Counted from the first letter of the stretch, positions 35,192-45,453 are shown. The stretch is DNA of 64,000 bases from a virus (IMGVR_UViG_3300033067_001111:1-64000), one strand, 5' to 3'. The notes: generated by a model from the sequence alone, not told the origin. Translations and numbers: made by a program.

Positions 35192-35241
35192 CTCTCGTTC
35201 TCCTCGGGCAGAAGTTATCTACCCAACCCCTTTTCCCCAGA

Positions 35242-35391
35242 CTATTTGTCAGGGTCCATGGCGTCAGCGCCCTTCTGCTTGGCTGCCTCGTGGTTTTTGA
35301 GACCTTCGTCAGGACTGGACAGAAAACTGCAGCCTTGTGCGACAAAGACTGCAAGCATGATGATCAGGAGAATAGCTGATGTTCTTTTCAT
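35242..35391 (-). CDS. small secreted/lipo-protein (49 aa; not in the ORF track)
   Basis: Translation MKRTSAILLIIMLAVFVAQGCSFLSSPDEGLKNHEAAKQKGADAMDPDK has a signal peptide with Cys at +21. Directly upstream of the SLT gene. Confidence 0.45.
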   Translation of the reverse strand: MKRTSAILLIIMLAVFVAQGCSFLSSPDEGLKNHEAAKQKGADAMDPDK

Positions 35392-35498
35392 GATTGGCTT
35401 TCCAAGTACGATATCAAGTCTTTTCTAACTTCCATGATCATTTTACCCAGTCTGTTTTGACCCACACCACGACAGACTCCCCAATAGGTATCGCCCCA

Positions 35499-35828
35499 TC
35501 AGTTTCCTTCAACCAGTTCTTCCTCTCCAGTTAAAACTAGGAGTGTGCCAAGTACTGGGTCTTGTTCAAACTTCTGGCGGACAAAGTCAAACATAAATGC
35601 GTCTCTGACCTGTTGCCAATCTGGACGCAAGGCAAGGGTCTTGCCCATAGCCTTGGCCTTTGATGCCGTACAGTACGTACTGTGAAACGCAACACGTGCG
35701 TCTTTGTCTAAGGTCTTTGCTGCCTGATATGCGTGCTCAACGGACTTATAAGTTTGGCCATCAAAATGAATGGTACATGGGTAGAAGTTGGACAACCAAC
35801 GGTATTCGCCATCAAATTTGTCAATCAT
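35499..35828 (-). CDS. NADAR (YbiA-like) domain protein
   Basis: FDGEYRWLSNFYPCTIHFDGQTYKSVEHAYQAAK matches the NADAR/YbiA signature (FLSNF...DG..Y.SxEHxxQAxK). Confidence 0.7.
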   Translation of the reverse strand: MIDKFDGEYRWLSNFYPCTIHFDGQTYKSVEHAYQAAKTLDKDARVAFHSTYCTASKAKAMGKTLALRPDWQQVRDAFMFDFVRQKFEQDPVLGTLLVLTGEEELVEGN

Positions 35829-36002
35829 GAGTGGGTTAGTCCTGCGTCAATACTGATACGCGCCAAGTCCAGAACCCAGTCAGGTGTGGGTGGACAGCTA
35901 GAGTCTATTGCCCTACACTTATCCATCAGGCGTTTGACGCGCACAGCACGTGGGTAGATGTCAGGACGTAGTTCAATGAGAATAGAACTGCCAGGTGACA
36001 GG

Positions 36003-36320
36003 TCAGGATCCATGCGGTTGTATAATGCCAGTAACTCCCGACGACATTGAGCTTTTAGCCACCGCAGTCTCAACTGCTGCACACCAGTTGTCAAGATGAT
36101 AAGTGCTGAGTTCATAGTTTTTCACACACTGTCCTTGGTCAAAGGCGAAATAGTTTACGGGCCCAGCTGTGGTGTCAGTGACTGATATCAAGCATGTTGG
36201 ACACTCATGAACTATCCTGTCCATGAGGTCAGCAACAGCCTGCCATCCACGAATACCTGTCTCGTTGAACACGTCGGCTTCCAACGGAGCTAGTACTTCA
36301 AGTCTGAAATGATTTGGCAT
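36003..36320 (-). CDS. hypothetical protein
   Basis: 105-aa ORF with a CPTC motif. Confidence 0.4.
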   Translation of the reverse strand: MPNHFRLEVLAPLEADVFNETGIRGWQAVADLMDRIVHECPTCLISVTDTTAGPVNYFAFDQGQCVKNYELSTYHLDNWCAAVETAVAKSSMSSGVTGIIQPHGS

Positions 36321-36441
36321 AAGGCGTTAGTTGAGCACTGGAGGCGAGGGGCAAGCTAAGATTGATTAACTGTGTACATGTCGCGCGCTACCAACGTACA
36401 CTGGCCCTCTAGGAGGCTCCAGTGCTCAGCTGTGAAAGAGT

Positions 36442-36468
36442 GTGGGACTGGATCTCACTCAGTCCCAC
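36442..36468. repeat. 9-bp perfect hairpin in a 300-nt intergenic spacer
   Basis: GTGGGACTG-gatctcact-CAGTCCCAC. Confidence 0.5.
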
Positions 36469-36626
36469 GTTACACAAAGTTTAAGGCCGATGTGTGCAAG
36501 GCCGTTTTTTGTCAGTAGCTAGCTGACGACGTGGTTTTCTCCACTTGGGTTTTCACGGATATGTCTTGTGCAAGACGCCCAACTCCGTTTGACAGGCCCA
36601 ATTGGGATGGGCTGGAGATAGTCAAA

Positions 36627-36833
36627 TCACTTGAGGATGTACCTAACTGCAAGAAACAGTACAAATCCCCATACTGAGATCAGAAAGATGTAGGCAAGGG
36701 CTACAGGTATTGTCCAGGCATGGGTAACGGTAATAGCCCAGAAGAGCAGGCCTGCTATTGCCACAGCCATTGCCACGCACAGGGTGAATGTCAGGTAGAT
36801 AACTGTCCACAGTACATGGTTAGTATTCATCAT
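36627..36833 (-). CDS. small membrane protein (2 TM)
   Basis: 68 aa, almost entirely hydrophobic. Confidence 0.4.
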   Translation of the reverse strand: MMNTNHVLWTVIYLTFTLCVAMAVAIAGLLFWAITVTHAWTIPVALAYIFLISVWGFVLFLAVRYILK

Positions 36834-37100
36834 TTAATCACCTACGTTCAGAGCGGTTGCGCCTGAGCCATCAGGAGGCCAGATGTCGGGCCTTGCCAGA
36901 ACTTCACTCAACGGCAAGTTTGCGGGTGTGTCCTCAGACACCTTGATCACCAGTGCATGGTCGTTGACCGTAACTGGCTCAATGCCCAGAATGGGCTGGA
37001 TTAAAACCTTACGTGTGTCGCGTTCGTGCTTGACAACTTTACACGTTAGTCGGACATTGACGGTGACAGTAGCATGCAACGGTGCATTCTTTAACTTCAT
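36834..37100 (-). CDS. hypothetical protein
   Basis: 88-aa ORF abutting the previous stop. Confidence 0.35.
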   Translation of the reverse strand: MKLKNAPLHATVTVNVRLTCKVVKHERDTRKVLIQPILGIEPVTVNDHALVIKVSEDTPANLPLSEVLARPDIWPPDGSGATALNVGD

Positions 37101-37107
37101 TTTGCCC

Positions 37108-37470
37108 TCAGTCAGTGAATAGCAGTCTTACAAAATGTGCGTCTACGACCAAGACCAGTCCCTGTATCACAGGCTTCTTACTCTTAGCCAGTTCTCTTGC
37201 TTCTTCCAACGTCTTCTGGACGCAAGTGCCCTTCGCCCCAAAGAACTCTTGGCCTATGGCTGCTTGCTCCATGTTATCAAACACCATTAGCATGCTAACG
37301 GTCATGGGATCGGGTGGTGGAGTAGTGCAGTTTGTGGCCAAATACTGTGATCTTACTTCATCCATTTGGACCATGATAACAGTATCTGGCCAGCTGCTGT
37401 CAGCGAGTTGCTGGTTGTCTAGCAACTCAGCATGCAGGTATCCTACATTTGGTACGCACGTAGCAGACAT
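37108..37470 (-). CDS. hypothetical protein
   Basis: 120-aa ORF. Confidence 0.4.
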   Translation of the reverse strand: MSATCVPNVGYLHAELLDNQQLADSSWPDTVIMVQMDEVRSQYLATNCTTPPPDPMTVSMLMVFDNMEQAAIGQEFFGAKGTCVQKTLEEARELAKSKKPVIQGLVLVVDAHFVRLLFTD

Positions 37471-37772
37471 GTTAGTAATTGGCCAGTGACCAAAGTGCTT
37501 GTCGATGTTGTTTGATCATCCAGGCTATGGCCAAAGTTATAAGCAGAGCCAGGATGATACAGAAAAATCCTATACCCAGAGCCGCCGCCAAGCGGACAAG
37601 AAGAAATCCAACCGCAGGCGACAGACTCATGAGTAGGTCCCACAACTGCTAGACAGTCCCCACCGTCAGCAGAGGTCAACTGTGGCCAAGGCCACAGAAG
37701 TCTTATATGTCCTGATCAAGAGCATCAGACAGGGGAATTGGGGGTCGTTCAGGGTCAAGTTGCAACCAGTAC

Positions 37773-38069
37773 TTATCTGGCAGCACGAATGACTTCTGGA
37801 TGGTTTGTGGCCAAGTCCAGAAAGCGTTTTTGTGCACTGTCCATGTTCCAAACGGCTTTAATAAACCGGATGGTAATGCCCAGTGCAACAAGAAGTAGAC
37901 CCACCAGAATCATGGTGGGTGCGGCGGCAGTCAATGCCGCCATAATGACTCCAAGAAAACCAGTAAGTGCCATCATAACTTTCTTCCACTTGAATATGTG
38001 TCCAACCAAGCTACTCCCAGACACAAGCTGATAACTAGTACCCAGAGAGCTGTAAGTCCAGACGAACAC
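37773..38069 (-). CDS. small membrane protein
   Basis: 98 aa with two long hydrophobic helices. Confidence 0.4.
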   Translation of the reverse strand: MFVWTYSSLGTSYQLVSGSSLVGHIFKWKKVMMALTGFLGVIMAALTAAAPTMILVGLLLVALGITIRFIKAVWNMDSAQKRFLDLATNHPEVIRAAR

Positions 38070-38113
38070 TGTTTAAAAGATTCCCACATACTGGACATTA
38101 GTGTCATAGTTTT

Positions 38114-38635
38114 CTATGCAGGGCGCATACTGGATCCAGCGGCCGTGGATGGTGGACCACCTCGTCTGGGTTTACCAGGAACTCCAGGCGGGATGGGAAT
38201 ATGATCAGGCTGGGGTTTGGGTTCTGGTACTGCATTCAGCCGGTGTTCAGGAATAACCTGGATGGGAATGGGAACCCCCTTCTGCAGTTCAGTGCTCTGT
38301 ACACAGTAGTGATAGCATCCAGACTCGTACAGGACGATTTCATCCACATACCCACGGAATCCCGTGTATTTGTCCACTACCAACTGCTCAAGGTTGAAGA
38401 CAGACGGTGGGTAGGTCGGCGGGTTCTTGCTGGGTTCTATCAAAGTCAAGCGACTGACGTCCAACCACATACCCTTGGCTGGCAGGTTTTCACTGCTCAG
38501 TGTGGGTGGAAACACACAGACCTGTGTGGTACGGCCTGCGGGGGCGGCTATCGCCAAGATCTTGCCTTTGTACTCAGAGTGGTTGTCAGCCACTACATCG
38601 TACATTTTGAGCTCCATGTCATGAAGAATGTCCAT
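38114..38635 (-). CDS. hypothetical protein with Pro-rich C-terminus
   Basis: 173-aa ORF. Confidence 0.45.
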   Translation of the reverse strand: MDILHDMELKMYDVVADNHSEYKGKILAIAAPAGRTTQVCVFPPTLSSENLPAKGMWLDVSRLTLIEPSKNPPTYPPSVFNLEQLVVDKYTGFRGYVDEIVLYESGCYHYCVQSTELQKGVPIPIQVIPEHRLNAVPEPKPQPDHIPIPPGVPGKPRRGGPPSTAAGSSMRPA

Positions 38636-38986
38636 TTATTGATACCTCAGTGCCTCTCGGATTTGTTGGAGATCAGACCACAAGCTGCGTTCAATATTTA
38701 ACGCCCAACTGCTGAGTGGCGTACCAGGTTCAAAGCTTGCGGCCCATGCATGCATGCGCCGGGCAAATGCCTCGTCCACTTGAATCCAGTTCTGTGCCTG
38801 GTCTGTGAATATCTGGCGGAAGTCTGCGCCACTCATACCCGTGGACTTCAGTACTGCGCCACGAAATGCTAGTCTAGCTTGCACTTTCTTGCATTCGTTC
38901 TTCCACAGCCGCAGATCATGGGCGGTTGGTGGGCTTGAAGCTAGGAGCAAGAAGTTAGTGCAGTCGAAGGTTTTGCTGTTATCCAT
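38636..38986 (-). CDS. hypothetical protein
   Basis: 116-aa ORF. Confidence 0.4.
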   Translation of the reverse strand: MDNSKTFDCTNFLLLASSPPTAHDLRLWKNECKKVQARLAFRGAVLKSTGMSGADFRQIFTDQAQNWIQVDEAFARRMHAWAASFEPGTPLSSWALNIERSLWSDLQQIREALRYQ

Positions 38987-39264
38987 GCTATTAACTCCTT
39001 ACGTCGTTGTTGGATGAGTGTGCGTCCACGATTGATGTACAAGTACACGGGTTGGGTTAGAATCATGCTCAGTACACCGCCAATCATGACGGTGACGCCC
39101 AGAGCTCCAAACACATGTCCCAAGACTAGGGCCAGTGTACAACTCAGCACAATACCAGTCCACTCATACTTGTGGATTAGGGTTTGCAGGCGTTTGACCT
39201 TAGCATAAATGCTGAGCTCCAGCAGGGCAGTAGCTACACCCAAAATGATTCCAGCTAGTAACAT
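38941..39264 (-). CDS. membrane protein (3 TM)
   Basis: 107 aa, hydrophobic. Confidence 0.4.
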   Translation of the reverse strand: MLLAGIILGVATALLELSIYAKVKRLQTLIHKYEWTGIVLSCTLALVLGHVFGALGVTVMIGGVLSMILTQPVYLYINRGRTLIQQRRKELIAWITAKPSTALTSCS

Positions 39265-39268
39265 GGTA

Positions 39269-40273
39269 CTACCCTCCTGTCAAGAACTCGTAGGCCTTGT
39301 TGGCCTTGCGTGATTGCTCTTCAAATGCACGCTGGGCTTCCGCCGCCTTGGCTTTCTGCTCTTCGATCATAGCTTCAAGGCCGTGGGTCAAGATCATTTC
39401 GATTTCTTCGTTCTCGAACGTGGCACAGAACTTGTTCCAACGGTCATCAGTTGGTGGTTGAGGAATGGGCTCTGGTTTGTTATCCAGTTGCTTGTTAAGG
39501 GCCTGCAACTGTAGACGATTGCAGGCTGCAATCAGATATTTGACTGACTGTCGTACTTCGTCTGTGGTAGGCTGGGTCTTGTCTTCAGCCCACTGATGGA
39601 GGTCGTCAAGAAGATTAGACTGCCAGCCTACTACTGCTACAGATTTCTGTACGTAGTCTGGTAATGGCGGAGTACCAAGATCTGTTCGCAGCCCATCTGT
39701 CGGAGGTTTAGGTGCTTCCTGTGGGTTTACTGCCTTCGTCCACATAGGTTTATATGCACGAGTTCGGCCGTTGTCAAAGACTTTACCCATCTGCTGTTCT
39801 TCCATGATTAACCGTGCACTTGGTGATGATACACCAAGTGCACGGTTGTACATGTGGCTCTTAGATAAGCTCCAGACGAGTTGACCTGGCTTGTTGGGAG
39901 TGTTGACGTAACTGACTAGTGCCAAGTGAGGATCGTTCATCAACTTGTCTAGGATCTCAGCGGCTTGTGTTCGATGTGTTTCTGTGATGTTTGGTCGGGA
40001 CATTTGATTCTCCTGTTGTGGGACTGGTGGAATACAAACTCGTTTTTTGTCCGTATGCTCTAATGTCTTAGCAATACGCTTTAGGTCATGTAGTTTTTTT
40101 TTCCGAACAAACTTACAGGACGGCGTTGAGGGAAAAGTTGTTACGAACTGTGTGCCGTTTTGGGTTGTAACCTGTACTTCGTGGTGTCCGTTAGCCCTAA
40201 CGCGTAGTTGCTTGCAGGTAAAGCCGTGAAGTTCTGCGTACTCAAATAACTCTCTTAGTTTAGTTTTGGCCAT
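39269..40273 (-). CDS. hypothetical protein
   Basis: 334-aa ORF, no motif. Confidence 0.45.
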   Translation of the reverse strand: MAKTKLRELFEYAELHGFTCKQLRVRANGHHEVQVTTQNGTQFVTTFPSTPSCKFVRKKKLHDLKRIAKTLEHTDKKRVCIPPVPQQENQMSRPNITETHRTQAAEILDKLMNDPHLALVSYVNTPNKPGQLVWSLSKSHMYNRALGVSSPSARLIMEEQQMGKVFDNGRTRAYKPMWTKAVNPQEAPKPPTDGLRTDLGTPPLPDYVQKSVAVVGWQSNLLDDLHQWAEDKTQPTTDEVRQSVKYLIAACNRLQLQALNKQLDNKPEPIPQPPTDDRWNKFCATFENEEIEMILTHGLEAMIEEQKAKAAEAQRAFEEQSRKANKAYEFLTGG

Positions 40274-40282
40274 TGGGGACTC

Positions 40283-40663
40283 CTATGCGGGAATGGTCAT
40301 TGGTGGGTGCAAAAGTGTCGTGTCCAGCCATTGAAGGCCTTTCAACAAGGCATCTGATACTTCCATTTTGCCCAGGGCCTTTATCAAGGTCTCAGGATGC
40401 ATGTAGTCTTTGGTCGGCAGTATCAGGTGCAGTTCCCACTCGCCTTGCTCATTGGTCTGCAGTGTGCAGGGGGTGAAAGCAAAGTTTTGTGGGTCGTTAT
40501 CCGCCAGGTTTGCAGCCTGTGGATAGCTTAGGGCTTCAACTTGATCCTCGCCCTGTCGCACAAGAAACAGCCAGGGTTTGTTTTCTTGGAACTCGGGCTG
40601 TGCGTGTAATGCCAACAGTTGTTGACACACGGCATACGACCATGCATTGAGTTGGTTATTCAT
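40283..40663 (-). CDS. hypothetical protein
   Basis: 126-aa ORF. Confidence 0.4.
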   Translation of the reverse strand: MNNQLNAWSYAVCQQLLALHAQPEFQENKPWLFLVRQGEDQVEALSYPQAANLADNDPQNFAFTPCTLQTNEQGEWELHLILPTKDYMHPETLIKALGKMEVSDALLKGLQWLDTTLLHPPMTIPA

Positions 40664-41109
40664 TATGCTCGGGGTGGAGGCAGTGCACTGAGTGGTGCAA
40701 TATTGCCCAGGGCCAGTTGTTCATTGACCAGGTCTTCAGCACGTTGCCGGCTATAGCCCTGGACTCGGTAGTAATCTACCTGCATGTCAATCCAGCCACC
40801 TTCTTCCAGGTTCTTGCTGTTGTAAAGGCCCTTATGTATGGCGCGGCGCACTGTTTCTTCCCACAGTGCTTGGCCGTGTTCTGTTCCCCAGGGTATGGGT
40901 ATGCCATTGCACCATATGTTTTCAGGATTCTGTGGATTATCAGGATCCAAGTCCTGCGCCATGCGCTGATCATATTCGTGTTCTACGGCCTGGGCTGTAG
41001 CTAGCCGGCGTTCCACGCACCATATCACGTAGTTCAGTGCACGGGTTCGTTTCTGGGCAATGGACGAAGCCCAGTATCCAGCAATGATTATCAGGGGCAG
41101 TGCAAGCAT
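40663..41109 (-). CDS. membrane-anchored hypothetical protein
   Basis: 148 aa with an N-terminal TM helix. Confidence 0.4.
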   Translation of the reverse strand: MLALPLIIIAGYWASSIAQKRTRALNYVIWCVERRLATAQAVEHEYDQRMAQDLDPDNPQNPENIWCNGIPIPWGTEHGQALWEETVRRAIHKGLYNSKNLEEGGWIDMQVDYYRVQGYSRQRAEDLVNEQLALGNIAPLSALPPPRA

Positions 41110-41829
41110 GTTAGATCACGCCGTTGCAGTCGAATACTCTGTCCATTCACCATAATCAGTGCAAGGAGTTCTGAGTCTGTAGCCAGCAGGTAAGTGAGTT
41201 GGGTCTCAGGCATGTCCTGAGGACTGTAGGTCGGAGGGGGGTTGGGGGTAAGTTCATCAGTGAATATGGTGGACGTCGGTGTATGCTGCACGAAGTCTAC
41301 CCTCCTTAATGTGAGTATTGGGATTTGTTTCTAAGCTGGTGTAGTAGTCCATTCGTGGATACCTGCTAGCCAGTCATTAGCATGGTTCATCCAGGGGCCT
41401 GCGCACAGTACTGCGTGTTGAACACATACAAAGTACAGAGCACTGTACGGACTGATGAGGGGTGAGAACGTGAGAGCCCAGAACAGTGCGGCGCACACCA
41501 TGGTCAAGAACTGTGCATGGGGCAAGGGTTGTACGGTACTAGGTTGTTGGGCGCATGCCATAGCGTTGAGCTAAGTACCTCAGGACTTGGGCGTGGGGTA
41601 TGGCCATACATGTAGTGGTCTGCAGATGGGTTTGGGGGTGACCCGTTACGCGCTGTGTACGGTACCAGAGAATAATGGACAGGGGGACATGGAATCCGGG
41701 CAAGGCCGTCCACGTCTGTACCACTGCACTGTATTGCCGGGGGAGGGGGGTGTTAGGTGTTGGCTGTAGGTGAGTGGTGTGGGGTTGGGGATAGTTGGAA
41801 TTCTGGTTAGGTAGTCGGTAGACCATTGA

Positions 41830-42730
41830 TGATTTGTCCTTAGCGCCCAGCGGAGTTCAAAATAGATTTTGAGTGGCAGGAGGCTGGCGGACGGTTGGCC
41901 AAATGCGCAATTCTGTGGGGTTATTAGTCATTTGATGGTACACTTGCGTGTAATGTACAGTTTGTTACACAGTGTTTTGCGCCTTTTTGAACCATTCCAC
42001 ATTGTTTTATACCAAAGTACGACGTATGTGCAGAACTTCAGTAGTCTTAACATATTATTGTACTACGGTTTAAACCTAGATTTTTGGGACATGCGTATTT
42101 CACCATACACCTGTGCATGATGTTTAACGCACGTCCCATGTTTTTTACGCACTTAACACACTACGTGCTTGAGTTGTATGTGTTTTATGCGTTATGCGCA
42201 CGACAAAGTTGCGCATTAACTGCACGTCTTGCACAAACGTACACGCTTTTATTCAGTTTTTGTGACGTAAACAGTTAACAGCATACAGATAAGTTGCTAA
42301 CCTACCATAGTCTGACATTGGTACAAAGCCCAGTGTTTTGTGTCTTCGCTTTAAACGATGTATGTGTTGCCTGCTGGTAGGGGTCAGCCCACCATATTTG
42401 GACACGCTGGCATTGTATTCCAGCTATGACCTTGCGGTCATTGCCCTCTTGGGGATTACTCTCCAAGTTGTTTGCCATTTGTCTGCTGTTGGGGATCAGC
42501 CAACGACATTGGTGGTTTTCACCACCTGACTGCGGTATAGGCGTACCCGTTTGCCTTGCGGCAAATCGCGTTTGAATGAAAGGAGAGCGGGGTACTGGGG
42601 AGAGTCAGCCCCCGCCGCTTGCTACCTGTATGGGAGTCAAGCCCCAAGGAGGAGGGGCTGGGATCTGCCGCAGTGAACTGTGCTCGCAATCCATCATAGG
42701 AACAAATCCCAAAGTGAAATAACCCAAGAA
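41830..42730. promoter_or_regulatory. ~900-bp gene-free region with two short repeat families
   Basis: No credible ORF on either strand. Three (A/T)ACGCAC(G) repeats occur at 42126-42205. Four GG(G/A)G(A)TCAGCC(C/A) repeats occur near 42380, 42491, 42598 and 42632, with small palindromes and AT-rich tracts between. Confidence 0.5.
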
Positions 42731-42985
42731 CTATCGCTGTTGGTTATTAGCGCGCTTCCATCTCTGGACTTCAGTGCACTGAACGCAGTATGCAGTTAGC
42801 ACCCGCACACCAATGAACAGTACGCAGCATGGGGCGATAATCTTGTACGTGTACCATCCCAGGGGACCGCCTAGCAGCCCGCACGCTATCCACAGAACTG
42901 TGGACATCAGTAGGGCGTTGGCTACAATCCAGCCAAGAAATTGCCAGTCAAATGCAGGACGTGGTTTGTTCTTGTATTTTGACAT
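42731..42985 (-). CDS. small membrane protein
   Basis: 84 aa, two TM helices. Confidence 0.4.
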   Translation of the reverse strand: MSKYKNKPRPAFDWQFLGWIVANALLMSTVLWIACGLLGGPLGWYTYKIIAPCCVLFIGVRVLTAYCVQCTEVQRWKRANNQQR

Positions 42986-43028
42986 GGCAGGGCTCCTGGC
43001 ATTCGTTAGTGCTAGGCTGGGACAGGGT

Positions 43029-43322
43029 TTAGACTGGAATGAGCTGGGGGCCGGGCTTTTCGCGTCGCGCTTCGTCTACCTTATCCACGAACCTGTCAAT
43101 GGATTGGCTGAGGTGTTCGGTGTTGAGGTTGAGGGTGATCTCGCCGGCTGACATCGGGAGAAAGAATAGTCCGCCGACTAGCAAGCCTATAAAAGTGGTG
43201 ATGAGTCCGAACTTTGCTGCAAAGTACAGAATGAGGCATGCCGCAATCAGCTTCAGAATACGGAAGCTGTTGTTGCACCACAATCGTGCGATGGTGACTC
43301 GCTCGCTTTGAACTTCGTTCAT
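43029..43322 (-). CDS. small membrane protein
   Basis: 97 aa, hydrophobic core. Confidence 0.4.
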   Translation of the reverse strand: MNEVQSERVTIARLWCNNSFRILKLIAACLILYFAAKFGLITTFIGLLVGGLFFLPMSAGEITLNLNTEHLSQSIDRFVDKVDEARREKPGPQLIPV

Positions 43323-43515
43323 GATGGGGTTCTCCGTTGACGGTGGCCACGATGCGTCGTACGCTGAACGTGGCCCTTCGTCATGTATTTGGGTTGCTTG
43401 GTGGGCGGTGGCCGGAACTTGCCCCTGTGTGCTGGTGGCGGGGGGCTGTGTTGTGCGCTGTGGGCGAACACGTTACAGGCCAGGGCCAGGAGTAAGACGC
43501 TGTATTTGCTCACTG

Positions 43516-43857
43516 TTACATCCCACCTGATATGTTGCTGATGATGTTTGCAATGAGGTACAGGGCAAACAACCCAGCGAGTAACGTCAGTCCCCAACAG
43601 CCCCAGATGCCGAGGCCCAGGCCTGCGAGGAAAATGAAGAGTGCGTTGCACATGGCGTATAAGCCATATATTAAGCCACCTGCAACGGTCAGACCACCTA
43701 TGGCCTTTGCCCCCTCAAGTGCTGTGGGGTAGGACCTCTTGGTCTGTGGATCTGTGCGCATGCCAATAGTCTGATGCATAGTTACTTTCCTGTGCTGTGA
43801 ACTGCGAGCGCTGCCTGTACGTCCGCCTGTGCGTGGTCCTGGTGGGACGTTGCCCAT
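43516..43857 (-). CDS. membrane protein (holin-like topology)
   Basis: C-terminal three hydrophobic helices. The start may be the internal MHQTIG. Confidence 0.35.
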   Translation of the reverse strand: MGNVPPGPRTGGRTGSARSSQHRKVTMHQTIGMRTDPQTKRSYPTALEGAKAIGGLTVAGGLIYGLYAMCNALFIFLAGLGLGIWGCWGLTLLAGLFALYLIANIISNISGGM

Positions 43858-43937
43858 TGGCAGCGGGTCGAGGTCTCGACTAATCTAAATGTCGCCGTGG
43901 GCTAGCCCGTGGCTCGCAGTTTACAGCAGGCTGTGGT

Positions 43938-44414
43938 TTACCGGCTACCAGCTCCTGTCGGGACCTTGGCCGGAGGGCTCATGGTCTTGCTGGGGTTGGG
44001 CATAATGCCACGGGCTTTGGCGATAGCCTGGCCCTTGGCGATGTTCTGGCTGATGCTGGCTTGCATCTTACCGATCTTCTCAGCACCACGTGCGGTGTTA
44101 CCCTCACCCAGTGCCTGGATTTGCGCGATCAGGCCTTTGCCCGCCGGGCTGTTGACATCGACCTTCTGACCATTGGTGTCAAGGACGGTGCCAGATGCCC
44201 GGGCATCCTGCACGATCTTCTTCGCGTGCAGTTCGTCACCGCGCGTAAGTGTCTGGCCTGCGATCTTGACCTTTTCGGGCTGCAGGTTGTCTTGTGGATT
44301 GCTGTGTGTAGCGTCATCCACTTTCTTGACATCCATTTTCTTCTGGGTGTCGGTCGTGGGCTGGTTGTTAGCAGCCATTTTGCTTGCATCGATCTTCTGA
44401 ATAGGGTTGTCCAT
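43938..44414 (-). CDS. hypothetical protein, likely virion-associated
   Basis: GGAGG RBS before the internal MDNPIQK start. Low-complexity, T/Q/K-rich. Confidence 0.45.
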   Translation of the reverse strand: MDNPIQKIDASKMAANNQPTTDTQKKMDVKKVDDATHSNPQDNLQPEKVKIAGQTLTRGDELHAKKIVQDARASGTVLDTNGQKVDVNSPAGKGLIAQIQALGEGNTARGAEKIGKMQASISQNIAKGQAIAKARGIMPNPSKTMSPPAKVPTGAGSR

Positions 44415-44475
44415 GTACGTTGACCTCCAGGTCTTGTGGGTTGTGGTTGTGGGATACTGGTCGTGGGCTCCCAGA

Positions 44476-44802
44476 CTAGCTGGGAGCCATGATGGGTGGG
44501 TTCGGACTGTTGGGCGGGTCAACATACTCTGCGCGCTTGGCAGTTGTCTGTTTGACTTCGTCCTCAGCCTCTTTCTGGGCTCTGGCGTACGCTAGCTTGT
44601 CGCGACCCAAAATGGCGAGGGGAACGCACAGGGCTACGGCCAGAGCTACGATAAACGCAAGCCATGGGGTGCTAAGTGCGAGTCCAAGGATGACGGCGCC
44701 TTTGCCCCAAGTAACCATAGCGACAGTGGCTGAGGCCAGTGCTGTGATTATTAGGTTGGGCTTGATCGTCTTCCGATAGATGTTGACTGATTTCTCGGGC
44801 AT
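44476..44802 (-). CDS. membrane protein
   Basis: 108 aa with two TM helices. Confidence 0.4.
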   Translation of the reverse strand: MPEKSVNIYRKTIKPNLIITALASATVAMVTWGKGAVILGLALSTPWLAFIVALAVALCVPLAILGRDKLAYARAQKEAEDEVKQTTAKRAEYVDPPNSPNPPIMAPS

Positions 44803-45453
44803 GATGCTGGGACCTCCATTACCTACTGGGCGTAGGCAAACTGATCGGGAGTGGCTTTGGCGAATAACTGTACTAGCCAGTTACGCAGTCCAGGCCAAGT
44901 GGCGAAGAACGCAAGGATTTGCTCCTTGACCAAGGCGTATAGCTCAGTGGCTCGCTCATGGATAATATGTCCATTGGCGAAGCCCCAGGCGAGGAACACG
45001 CCGGTAAAAAATGTTTTAATGGCGAATGCCATGCATGCGATCATTGGACTGCACCTCCCTGTTCCAGAATGGAGAGATTCCCATTTGAGCGCACGCGTAC
45101 ATAGACGTACCATGTGCTTCCCTTCTTGATTTGGGGCGAGGGAAACGTGTCTTGGGCGGTGCACCAGATTACACCATCAATGTCAGCGATTTGGTAGAAG
45201 CCTGCCGGCTTTCCACTTAACTGCTGGCTGATGATTTGCTTGGTAGCTGGCTGGTTGGGCGGTGGTGGGTTGATGGCATGCCGGGCTTGTGCGATTCTGG
45301 CACGCAGGCATGCTTGGGCGACTAGGCGGACATCTGTCCACGTACTTTGTTCATAGGCTGTTTTGTGCATAGTGACTGACCTCACATTGCTGGGCTATCA
45401 GAAAAGGGGGGGGCCACACCCCGTAGGGTGTGGCCCGGAGGCAGGCTACGACG

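Noticed and set aside
35115-35428. ORF-track frames 35115-35354 (-), 35179-35379 (+) and 35246-35428 (+)
   Set aside because: All overlap the better-supported 49-aa signal-peptide ORF at 35242-35391. The track frames are Arg/Pro-rich or lack starts with RBS.
41539-41826. 95-aa minus ORF, and similar Pro/His/Thr-rich ORFs at 43319-43651, 46248-46511 and 49488-49742
   Set aside because: Low-complexity composition, no RBS, and overlap with better candidates or with the non-coding hub. Likely spurious frames.
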